From contig JAYWIR010000017.1 of assembly GCA_036172245.1 (NCBI GenBank), forward strand, positions 3,844,001 to 3,908,000: DNA of 64,000 nucleotides, in the 5' to 3' direction. Position numbers and translations under genes: made by a program. A model generated the notes under the pieces. The model saw only the letters and a list, made by a program, of their open reading frames with translations, ran no database searches and was not told the DNA's origin. Below are positions 13,581 through 25,300 of this stretch, piece after piece. The DNA comes from Raillietiella orientalis. Lineage: Eukaryota. The first letter of the stretch is position 1; each line of letters starts with the position of its first letter.

Positions 13581-13599
13581 GAATAGTACTGGGGAGAGT

Positions 13600-14830
13600 A
13601 TCACAAATTTGGGACACGAGGCAACGTCTCAGCTTTGAATTGACGAAGTTCTTGGCAGAGTCATGCTGTACTTCTGGACAGAAGGACAGCATTCATCCTG
13701 AACATTTTTACCCCTGATGATGTTCAAGCTGGGAAGGCCCTCAAAAGGTTCTTTCAACTTGCAGATGTTTCACAGATTCTATCCTCACTGGACACTGCTA
13801 TGACGGATAGTTTCTGTGGGCAGTGGTCCGAAGCTGCAAGAAGGGAATTCTGGAATTCCTCTACGTTACCTGCAGAAGAATTTCTTCAGTCAGTTTCGAC
13901 TCATAAAATTTTTTTTTTCTATCTCTGTAGGGCTGATGGTTCCAACTAGAACCATCAGCGAAGGATTCAAGACTGGTGCAGTTCCACTGATCATTAGCAA
14001 GTAGGTCACTTGGCCGAACGGCGAAAATTCCTCTGGCATTAATCTCTGCGAATTCTTTTCCTTGAGAGAATGGTGGGAAGTGTCGAAAACCACAGAGAAA
14101 AAGAAGGCATTTCTAGAAGAGAGACCTTTCCTAAACAAACTTTCGAGGACACGGAAAGGAAAACCAGGCATCTAAGCAATGGTGTAGATTACTCCCAAAA
14201 GTGTCTTTCTCGAGTTCCTTCCGTGATATTTACCTGTAGGAAAAAGTGGTTTATTTTTAGCATTCCCTCCATAAGGTGTTGTGCATCATAGGAGTGGACG
14301 TCTGCAGTCCGTTGCATTCGTTGCTGGTTGTTGCCCTTTGTCCCGATTCTTTGAACCACTGAATCAATCTTCCGTGGGAAAGCTTGAAAAAAATGGAAAC
14401 AAATTTGTGATTCTCGGGATTTATTAGGCCGAAAAATGCACGTGAAAACATTCGCAAGAGCCATAAAGGAAGCGTGATGATAAAGGAAACCTTTAAGGAG
14501 CATAAGGGACTTAAACTAAGAACTTGAACTTTCAAGGATCCATAGAGACAACTTTGAAGGAAAATTTGTGGGGGGACTTGCATTCACCTGCCTGTCTGAT
14601 GGGTCTCTCACTGACGCCACTGTTCTTTGCGAGCTCCCAAGCAATTTCAGCATATGACTTGAGAATTTTGATTCAACTCCTACCGAACATTAAAGCGCTC
14701 GTTTTCATCATCATAAGTACAGATCAAGAGCGCCGCCCTGTATTTAGATTTAGAGAGATGACTGCAGAACTGACTTAGGCCGTCTGATGCTTCCCTTTTC
14801 TTGATCCCAGTGACCAAATATAGCTTGCAG
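13600..14830 (+). other. Putative endogenous viral element: orthomyxovirus PA-like C-terminal domain, pseudogenised
   Basis: Frameshifted peptides WSEAARREFWNS, VPLIISK*VT..GE (cf. IPMISKCRT..G), RHLSNGVDY/VFLEF (cf. SHLRNDTDVVNFVSMEF), LLPNIKALVFIII..RPVF..AV*C..DP (cf. PA C-terminus) in the expected order. Confidence 0.5.
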
Positions 14831-15289
14831 GAGGCGGTTTCTTGGATGAAACCCAACTCTTGTCCAGCAACCAGAGATGTTCAGTTCATACCATGAATGA
14901 GAATAGCATGATTTGGTTGTATCGAACACAAGAAATGATTCAAACCTTTATCGTTTGTTAAACCTTCAATTTCGAAACACCGGATTATGTTAGAATGCAT
15001 TCTTTGAAGATTAGCGTAGATTAGCGTGGATTTGTCTTAAGAAATGGCTACATTAGATTCCGATTGAATTCAAATAGTAAGGAAAGAAATGAAGTAATTA
15101 TTTCCTCAGTTACAGATGAACGTATTCATATGCAGTAGCATAAATTTTATGTAACACATGTATTTTTTATGTAGCCTATATGCATGTAATGTAGATGTGT
15201 ATATGATAAGTGTGTTATATATACACACATATGATGCGTATGCAATCAGAATGAGAGATAACGTAATGGTACAAAGCTGTGACGAGTGC

Positions 15290-17450
15290 AAGCTCAGGAA
15301 TGCACTTGAAGATCTGCTTTATAATACCTTATACTAACTCGTCCAGTTTTCTGTAAGATACACAGCGAATAGCGATTCACAAATGCCCGTATTATAGAAA
15401 GGAAAAGAAAAAAAATGGCTTCGTGTATGAAATACAGTGGTTCTTTCCTTAAAATCCCTTTAAAAAAGTGTTGTTCACTCCATACCATGAAGCTGTCATC
15501 CATTTTATGTAATCCTTACGTGTTTTCAAAGAAACGTTCTCTGTGGATGTTGCGCCTTCACTTCGAAATTTCATACGCGCCATTAGAAAAGAACATGACC
15601 CCAATGTCGGGCACATCTCAAGAGTCCTATAAACGTGGATGAACTTCCAAAGCACGTCCTATTTAGCACGCATCTGAACCTCCTCATTGAAATGTCTCTT
15701 ACTCCACAGGCGATGCCCCATGGCTTGAAAGACCTGTAATGTGGACATCTGGAAAATGGGTGCTCAACATGGTGCATGGCGTGTTTCCGATTAAAGGATG
15801 GTATATTCAGTTTCGTTCAGAAACAAAATTCGGATATTGAGCGATCCTTACTTGAAATTTCGTTCCAGTTCCTTGAGGAAAATCTCAGTTTCTCATTTTC
15901 AATCCGTATTTCCGGGTTAAAAGTCTTTTCGAACTCATGTAGGCCCATCCATCAGATTCTCTTCAGACATATTCTTTGAGATTTGCAATTCTTATTTTCT
16001 GTAAAATAATATTTGTTTCAGATGTGCATGCTAGACTGCATGAAAAATACCAGCGTGACTGTAACTTACGATCCAGCACCCCTTCATTCCTTGAGCCGTT
16101 CCGTATCTTACCATGGTCACTCCGAGTTAGGCCAGGAATCGAAAGAGCTTCTCCATTCACAAGGTAAAACTGGTGATACGTGAAGGTTCGTAATGGTTTA
16201 TCTCTTTATTTGGTTTCAAAAGAAAAAATTCCATGGTGACTTCATTAATCCCTGTTTAGAGCGACACGTAGTGCAAGGTGCATACAAAAAGAGTGGGAAA
16301 AAAAAAGCATCTTTTTGCTGTTTCTCCTTTCGAATTCTAAGATCTAGGCGAAATGCAACATCCAACGAATTCTTACAGTGGAAAAAAAAAAGAAGCATGC
16401 GAACGTGGACACAATAGCCACCTTGACCAAAGCTTGTAAAATGGCAAAAGAGGATCAAAGTAAAACCGCAAGTTTCGCACTCCCCTTTTCCATGAAGATG
16501 GGAACGGAATCGACACGGCTACTGCTCCTGAGGAAAGTGAATGAAACGCCGCAACGCAAAGACTCTGAGGCACCCAGAGATTGACTGGAGACATTCGAGG
16601 GAGCAGGATCAATGAGACTCAATTGGAGACTCAAATTGAGTTGAGGCCCGAATGAAGACCGAAAGATCAAATCTAGTGGATCATTGAAGCTCAAGAAAGA
16701 CTGCCGCACTCCTCGAGCTCTGGAACGGAGCCATGAAAGGAGCCTTGTGGCCGAAATGATCTCAAGAGGATAGCAACGAGTAAAGACCATCCGATACACT
16801 CCTGGATTTCCAGTAAACTTCATGGAATGCCGGTACTTCACATTATCCGAACGAGAAGCCCCGTCGAGCTTTCCCGAACCATTGTGTCGTTGTGCACCTA
16901 GTGTTCCTTGAGCATCACTTCATTGAACGAAGCTGTTTTAGATGTGAGTTAAACCAAGCACCGAGAAGAATTTGCATCCAGTGTTTGTAATGATGTGATC
17001 CCGTCCAGAAAGGAATGAGAAAAAAACAATTGAAGATTGGCTGGAGGCTACAGAGAGAGGAAAGGGGGTTCTTTTTACGTTCTTTTTTCCTTTTTGGGTC
17101 GTATCTTCTGACATTACTAGCAAGAGTTCACCCAGGAGGCACGAATGGGTGACACCCAGCAGCAAACTAAGTAACTAAGGTGACTTCGTCCATTCATCAG
17201 ACCCCACTCATTTGCATGCAGCAGAGCGAAACTGAATCAGTGATCAAAAACGAATGCCGGAATGGTACGGCTTGTGCGGAAACAGGATGTGTCTGGTCAG
17301 TCACATCTAGGATTCACTTGGAAGTTTCAGGTCAAGTGGCTTTTCGAACATGTCTGCAGCAGCGAGTCAATTCACTCGTGGCTCGTCAGAGTGCTTTCAG
17401 CACTACGAACTGCCATCAGCATCTAAGACTCTAGCACCTTTGTTCACGTA
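15290..17450 (+). other. Putative endogenous viral element: orthomyxovirus PB2-like gene, pseudogenised
   Basis: RYT...P.L..MASCMKY...IP (cf. KYT..KNPxLRMKWMMAMKYP), VLNM..GVFP (cf. VIMEVVFP), LKVFSNSCRP, NVDTIATLTKAC; span ~2.1 kb fits a PB2 segment. Weak motifs; 3' boundary is a guess. Confidence 0.4.
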
Positions 17451-17909
17451 ATCACCAGCATTTTTTGAAAGATCGGCCTGTGATTTTTTTTCGAGATAAA
17501 CATTTCACAGTCTCATCAGTCGGTGTATTCCTTTAGAGTTTTTTTCCCCCATTCATGTAGACGGTGACCGGGAGTGTGTACGCACAAGACTGATCTTATG
17601 GTTTTAATGAGGAATGATATGCTTGACAGAAATGGACCGCTTCTTGGTTTGAGGTTTGGTAGAAAAATTGTGATGTGCTACCTGTCATTGTAATTAAAGA
17701 ACCCTATTCAGGTGATGGACGGCTGGAGTAGTGAGGGTGCTGATAGTATAGAGACGGTTTCCCCTATCGAGCAACAGGAAATAAGAAAGCTGATTTAATT
17801 TCTTCCTTCATACGTTGCAGACCAAAGGCCCCTGTCCCCACTCTCCCCTCTTTTTTGTACTTATTGTCTCCTCCCTTCGTTCCCTTCTTTTTGGAAGCCG
17901 GCCTGCGTG

Positions 17910-18025
17910 CCTGTGGTCACCCCGGAGGAACTTCTTTATTTAATGGTTTTTCTTGTTTTTTCCTGGAGATACATTTCCTCGTAACTTGTTTATTCTACAA
18001 TGAAAGTTCCGGCGTGACCGGGTAC
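17910..18025. repeat. Two short, oppositely oriented non-LTR 3'-end motifs
   Basis: ggtcaccccggagga..ctttatt (reverse orientation) and gaaagttccggcgtgaccgggt (forward) match the terminal motif at 11243, 35875 and 63020. Confidence 0.5.
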
Positions 18026-18299
18026 AGTGCACATTCGACATGGTCACCTTGGCCGGAATCCAAATTTTAAAAATGTTGCCTCTATGGAATGTTGTTGATT
18101 GTGTCGAGATGGGTGGTCGAAATAAAAAAGAAAAAACAAGTTATTTTCGATAATGAAATAAAAGAAATCGAATTGTTCGACAGCGGCATGAATTTTTTTA
18201 ATCAAATGAACAAAGTTAGTAGCATCACAGAAGTAAAAAATAATGATAGTGTATGGTAAATGATGATGATACGATGTAAAATTTGATTCAAAGTTCTTC

Positions 18300-19360
18300 A
18301 CGGTTGTTTTTTCTCGCATTCGTCTCAGGAGGACATCATGAACAGGAAGGTCAAACATTTTCTGACCACTCCACAGCTAAGTTGAACGAGTGGTCAGTGA
18401 CTTTGTTCGATATCGAATTTTCCGAACATGGTTACTCTTTAATTTTCCTTCTGCATGCTCCATAGGAGCGTTGCTAAGGGTATCCAGATCGTGAAAGTGA
18501 TTTCATTCGTTTTCTCCTTCCACCCATTCCATAACCTCAGAGTCAGCTGCTGCATTTTCTCTCTTGCCATGAGATCGAGTCCTGTTGCGATGGGCATGTC
18601 ATCTTCATCAGAAAAATAGCCCATAGGGAAATTCAACTCGATTCCTTCAGATGATGAATACAAATGCCTAAAAGCATTCACACAATAAGGCTCTTTGGAA
18701 TTTCATTCCAGGATTCTACTGCCATAGAAGCCACATCTTTTAGAGTAATGCAAAAAAAGTTTCTTTCATCGAATGGCAGAAAACAAAATGATGACTAGTT
18801 CAAGGGTCGCACATGTCATAAGTTTCTTCTATCGAAGGTGACCATATCGAGCGTGCACCGTATAAAGATTGTTCCATAACCCTCGTTACATTGTGAACAG
18901 GTATTTCAATTTTCTCCAATTTCAGTGAACTATGGGACCAAAGGAAAAGCACTTTGGCTTAGCTGATTAAAGCATGAAGCTGGAAACATCCTGGGGGTTC
19001 GTTCCTTGCAAACTCCTCGCCGTCAGCAGTTGTTGAAAAAGGCAAAGAAAACAAAACGCTTCTGAGCTCTGCTTGGAACTTTGTGTCAAAATTCACTGTC
19101 CAATTTTGTACTTCAATTTTAAATCCGAATGAGCTTTATTCTGATTTGCCAATACTTTAAAAGTATGGAATACATACGTGCACACGTACACAATGCAAAT
19201 ATATACATATATAATAATGTATGGGTAATATATGGACTATGGTGTATGTATGGGTATTCCTTCAAAGACGACTTCAAAGACGTACATTAGATATCTTACT
19301 TGATATGCATAACTGTTGCTGCTGGATATGGCATTAGAAAATATTGCTTATTCCTTTTGT
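18300..19360 (-). other. Putative endogenous viral element: bunyavirus-like (phasma/phenui-type) L fragment, RdRp motifs B-E and downstream
   Basis: GI..IF-NAISSS (motif B-like), FSTTADG (cf. TSDD), LFLHY...G, LNFPMGYF..MPIATGLDL, P.EHAEGK in colinear order; interrupted by AT-rich DNA at ~19165-19260. Confidence 0.45.
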
Positions 19361-20208
19361 CGACTGCTGCCCAGAGAGTGATTCGCATAATCTTCTGATT
19401 GGGAGAAGAGGGCACCCTTTAGAACTTTGCTTTGGGATTGCTAAGAGGGCAAACAAAGAACTTTGCCTGGAAGCGAGGATGAAGCAGGTGTAATCTGGAA
19501 ATGAGGGAAAACTCAAGAAACAGACTGCCTTGCTCTTACAAGAGGTCTGTCTGGTATAGAAATCTCATGTGACTTCGACGATCAATTCAATGTGTACAAG
19601 ACCGGGAAGGGAAAACGAAAATCGGTACAGAAATCTGTTTGGCTCAATAATCCTACATGATTTTAGTTCGAATTGATCAAAGAAACCACATTGTCTCAAT
19701 CCATATCAAATTTCTGCAGGACGGAAAGACTAGGGAACAGTTTGGCTCTTTGGAAAGAAAATATCGTTGGTATTGTAAGTGATAGAGAAGCTCATGGGAA
19801 ATACCTGGAATTGGATGTAGCTGCAGGAGTTTTCTGATGCAGTGAGAGAAAGGGATATTTTCCGATAAGTAATTGACGGCTAGAAGTTCTTTGGTGAGGA
19901 TTTTTATTTGTTAGAGGGGTGGAAAGTAGTCAGAGAGTACAGTCGATGACTGCATAATGAGTCAAAGGGAGAATCCCCGTGCAGTATGCCGGGAAATGAT
20001 TATCATCGAGGCTGTAATGGAGGATCATCACTGTGCTCTATTCGAGGAGTACTGACATCAAAATGGATTAGGTATAAGAAAAAAGTGCAGGGTGATCCAT
20101 TCTGAAGTTCAGATGACGTTTCAAATGTGCACATGAATGTGGTGACAGCTGTGGCATCAGAGTGGACCTCAGGAACACGAGTAAAGTGTGAGTATGATGG
20201 TGAGTATG

Positions 20209-22339
20209 ATATGGGAGTCAGGTAGACAGGTCGTAGCGTTCCCAGCTGTGCCTATCCTTCCTCCTGTAACTGTTTTTTGATTTTATTTATTTTTTCTGAT
20301 AACCTAATAAACGAGTAAATCCTTTTCAAACGTCTAACTGTGGGTGCGTGGCTTAAAATGGGCGAAAACGAACAGATACGTCAAACGCTCAGCAGCTGCA
20401 TCCATTGTAAGTTTCAATAGAAAAAAAGGAAAAAAAATTCTATCCATAAAAGTTTCCTAATTGTACGGAAAATAAGAAACCTCATACATAAGAAAAATAA
20501 AAAACTCATGAGGAATTCGATCCAATTTTGCAGTATGATATGTTTCGATGCAAGGTGCGAGACAAAGTGGCACCTCGCAGGCTGAGCACCAACATCGTGT
20601 TTCCTCAGGAATACCATTTTTTGAACACACGATGCATCTTAGCCATGCACTAGTGTTTGATGTTGTAGCTGGTATGAAACGTGGGAAGTGTTTTCCGATG
20701 AGGCGCGAGGAGGTTTGGCAGTTACAGTTGGTGGACCAGCTGTCCCAGTTTCTTGAGTTGAAGATTCCTCAATAATTTGTTGAATACATTCGGGCAAAAA
20801 ATTGAAGCGATTTAATTTTCCATTGTTCTTTCTATATAATAAATAGGAATTCAAGCACATAACGTCTAAAAGACGGAGGAATAGTTTCATCCTGTAATAC
20901 TGCTTTAACCTCCTTCTTGCCAGCATGTTTGCTGCAGTGATACCATCCCTTCTGTCCACTCCACCCATTTTTTTCCATAATCAAACACCAAGTCAAGCTA
21001 TCTGTTCACAACACCTCGTATCTCTGTTTCCATCATATTGGCACCATGCACTGTACTGAAAAACAGTACATTCCTTTCGTACCGCCACTTCAATAACATT
21101 GTTTTGTTGTTACATCTTGTAAGGTACCGACCTTTCTTTAGAGAAGTTGTTTCTATATCTTCAGGAATACCAAGTCTCTGCTGTCTCATGGTGCCCATAA
21201 TGTCTGTGTTACAAGTACATAGTTTCTGTGCGAGTTCCGTACTTGTGTACCAGTGATCCAAATAGAATTGATATCCCTGGTCTAGCAGGTCATGAGAAAG
21301 TTCAAGAATGATGCGAGTCGCGGACTTATACTGAGGACAATTTTGACCACGTTCTGTATTTTTACCATTTATCATTTTCCTCAATTAAAGCTTCAGTTAA
21401 CCCAGTATGTAGAAAGGAAACGGAAGGAGGATTTTTTGTTTGGTCGGCATACCTTACATCGCTTTAAAAATGTTTTGATAAAAAATTAATGAGGTCGTTT
21501 TGCACATTGCAGTCCCGATCAGAATATAAGTAAAACACAAGTTCGAATGAGATTGTTTTCACTTTTCACTAAAATTTCGTATTTTGGCAGCAAAGGGTAA
21601 TTTTGTTTTCACATCGCGTATATATCCGTCAAACGCACCACGGAGGCGCCTTCGCAAAACGTGTACGTACACGTCGCTTAACAGGTTAAAGAGAAGCTGA
21701 AAGTCCGAGCATCAAGTGGAGAATAGGTTTAAAGTACTTTGTTCTAAGTACCTTTGTTCGGAAAATAATTCGTGGTTTATTTGATCTGTGGTTGAAAGGA
21801 ACTGATATCACAATTTCGTTGAATGTATGTTGTATTGAAATAGTTGTGTGAAAGCTAAAAGCGGTATTTATCAAGGAAGAACGATACAGTATGATTCGAA
21901 ACGGGACATTGCTATCAATAATTACTTTATAATCTAGTTCATAAGGAGAATTAGTTCATGAAAAAACACTGATGCTATATACGTCATGGAATTCTTCAAT
22001 ATCGTAAAGAAATTACATGATTGTAGACAGGACGCTCATGCAAAAGAGAATTCATTTTCAAGCTTGTTTGGCAGCCTCAGTTACCGTGAGGTCGACCTTG
22101 TTTTCCGAAATCGCGTAGTCTTCTTTGTCCGAGGTGCCTTTCATCGGTGAAGCGCTTCCATGTGTCGAAGTGGGTCTTGTGGAGCCCACTGCAGACAGTC
22201 GATCATCCTCGTCTTTTCGAGTTGTCCCTTTCGAGACCTGGAGTTTTTTTTTTTTTCTTTTCTTTTTCAGCTCATGATTGCTGACTCTTGACTTGAAGAA
22301 GTATCATGGATTATGAAGAGAGCAAGAATATGGGAGTCA
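20209..22339. mobile_element. Composite ~2.1-kb insertion flanked by a 12-bp direct repeat ATATGGGAGTCA (target-site duplication)
   Basis: ATATGGGAGTCA at 20209-20220 and 22328-22339; removing the insert restores an open minus-strand frame NLSDLASPSIRKRMTPISYSPSYSHFTRVPEVHSDATAVTTF...YLIHFDV. Confidence 0.75.
20320..21689 (-). mobile_element. piggyBac-family DNA transposon remnant (PGBD4-like transposase, internally deleted, pseudogenised)
   Basis: GYQFYLDHWYTS, GTMRQQR, KWRYERNVLFFSTVH, MGGVDRRD, Cys-rich C-terminus CIVCSK..CSACEVPLCLAPC; minus-strand end TTAA|CCTGTTAAG at 21689-21677; other end degenerate near 20320. Confidence 0.9.
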
Positions 22340-25300
22340 TTCTCTTTCTGATTGATGGAGAAGCAAGATCGCTTAGATTAGGTAAACATCAGGACAGACA
22401 CGTCGGGAAAGGCAGAAGGATGGAATTTGGGAAACTAGGGAGAAGAAAGAAGTGACGTAAGCAGAAAAGACGGTGCCTTTCTGATCGGATATGTGAAAAA
22501 TAAAACCTGACCAAGAGTCACGGAAAAAGAGTCCCTTTCTGAATATGCAATCCGGTAAAGACAAAACGTTATTGGAATGGCGTGGCTGCTGAGCTTCCTC
22601 TGGCAAGGGACACGGAGGGGATGCGTCCGTCCTTGGACCGTCTTGCCTTCCTAAGGGTTGATCCGTGACCAGGGGGGAAGAGGAGCTGCTGAGTGAGATC
22701 AGGAGATTCGAAGATCAAGGAAAGAGGGGCTGAAGGAGAGGAGTTTCCAGTTATGACAGCTTGGTTAGCAGTCACAGAGGAGGAAGAAACAGGTTGGAAG
22801 CAATTGCGAAGTTTCAGAAAGATGTCCGCCAAAATGAAAGATGGAAATTAAGAATGTCATTTGAAGGATGAGGAAGGTGTTGTGAGCTTCAGCCAGTCAG
22901 AAAGGTTTTCAAGAAGAATGTACCGTCCAAGGAAGTTGTCAGGGGACCGAAAAGAGCATTAGGTGCACAAAGAAATCATCCATTGTGGGGTACAGTGCCT
23001 CAAATAAAGAATATTTTGGAAGGGAACTGGACGAGTCTGTGTAGGGGCGAACATTACATGGAAGGATTCCTAGCATCCTGTATGGGATTCTGTGCAATCT
23101 GCGATTCTGTGAGAACCGACGGTTCAGTTTTCGATCCTTCTTGCAGCCTTTTCCATAACAGGTAAGATTGCTGGAGTAATTTTATTTGGAGGATCGTACG
23201 AAAAATAATGAATACTGAAAGTGGGAAAAGAGAAAATTCATCAGGCATTTGGATTTTAGAAGAGTAAACTCTGGGGAAGTGGTAATGGGTAAGGACAGTC
23301 TGAATCAATGGTGATGTGGCTACTAATGTTCCAGGATGCTTCGAGATCCCAAGATGATAAGAAAAGACCAATTAAAAGCAAACTTTGAGCGTGATTTTCC
23401 AGTCGGAATTTTTCCATTGAATTATCACGCACAAGGATCCACGTGAACATGTATACTATGATGAGAATCCAGGAAGATAGCGAACAGGGATGAAGGCATG
23501 AGAAGACAGATTGTGAGACAGTGGAAAGAGGAGCAGGATTAAGAGCGACTGAATGGCTAGCTCGGGAATTGCGCTAGCCATTCAAGGAAATGTATATTGT
23601 CCCTTTTTGATTGGATCCTAAGAATCGTAAGGTTTACATAGTAGGGATCAATAGATGAATAATGGGGCGAAGACGTAGTTGTGAACCACGCATACATTCG
23701 AGAATTAAACAGCCAGAGAGTTCTAATAGTTCTACTAGTTAAAGCAGCTGAAGGAAGGATGATGGTACATGGAGCCCTGGATACGAATTTGGCTGGTTGT
23801 TGCTTACGACTCGCAATGCTGACTGCAAATGGTGACTGTAGGAATATGGAGAAGTTATATGATGGAATGCAAGTGGAAATGGGAAGAGAAGTTTTATTCT
23901 GCGTTGTGAGTCTGTTATGGGGGCTATACTTTGATAACGCTTTTTGTGGTATTCTACGTGCCATTCTGCTACCATAATGAGGTGAGACTCGCAGCCATAC
24001 TGAGGAAAAATTTTTCAAGTGGAATCCATTGAATTCCATTTTTTCCCTTCAGTATCCTGATTTACTCCGATGGTGAGGATACTGTGAACAAAGATGACGT
24101 GGCTCTTATGAAATTATTTCTCGTCTATTTGCTTGCGATTACTCCCGTGGTATGGTAAGGATTTGCGTGCTCCAGCACTGTTCTGGGAGAACAGTGTGCT
24201 GTTTTCATGGGATCATGGCGTTGATTTGAAGAACTTGCCACCAGCAGAGACGAAGAAAGAAGCAATTATTCAAGTCTTACAATACTCAGCCATCCCTTAT
24301 CCCTTGCTATAGAATTGTAGTAAATATGTTAGTGGAATATGATCACAGGTGTTAATAGGAGATGCGGATTGGGTGGTCTGGAAAGAAAATTAATTAGCAC
24401 TAATAAGGCAGAAGATTTGGCGGTTAAGTGCAGTGATTGTGATGATTCAAGAGCGTGAATTCAAGGGAACTGAAAAGTGGTGGATCGAAAAACGAACAAA
24501 AACAAAAGTGTTGTGAGAAATGAAAAGCGCGAATCACATTCCTAGTCACTCAAGAACCATAACGGAGTGAAGAAATCTCCCAGATAGAAAGAGATTTGCT
24601 GATTGGCATCAGGATACGAAGACAAATTAAGCGGAAGACTGATTATCAGATCAAAGTTGGAAAATTTGAAGAGACAAAAAAAGAATGGCAAGCAGGAACG
24701 TTTCCAACAGAGTGAACGAGATTACTGATGCTTCAGACAGTAGTAATCTTCATTGCCAGGTTACTTGGAAGGCAAAAATACCAATCTACTATACTCTTCA
24801 TGAACTACTTTCTGAGGTTTCGGATCGAGACAAGGAAGACTGTACCAATTTTTCCTATTCATTGCATTTCGGCCACGATTCACACTGAGAATAATTAGGA
24901 TGAAATCGCTACCCTTTATTTATACTATCAATCCGCTCCAAAACCACGGCTGTAATGGATCTCGGCTGGGAGAAAGGAGACGAAAACTAAATTAGTGGCT
25001 GCAAAGTCATCGGTCATGACCTGGAACACATGACGTGGACAGCAGCTTGTGTCGATAGACTGATGTTTTTGATCACAGAGCATCGCGTGTCTTGAAGACT
25101 AATATGATAGAAGGTGCCGAGGATCAGTTCGGACTGCAATTCAAGCAATGTTGAGCAGCAGATTATTATTACCAAACACTGCGTTATTTACGTCTGAAGA
25201 TTTCTCCCAAACACTCTTTAGATGCTTGAGAATTTTCAGTTTCGAACTTCCTATTGATAGAGAATCTTAATCCAAAAATTAAGCACCAGCGAGCTCATTC

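Noticed and set aside
22400..24040. Initial impression of a rhabdovirus glycoprotein (HVHVDP-like peptide)
   Set aside because: Other frames give a long colinear series of L-protein motifs; the G-like words are out of order and coincidental.
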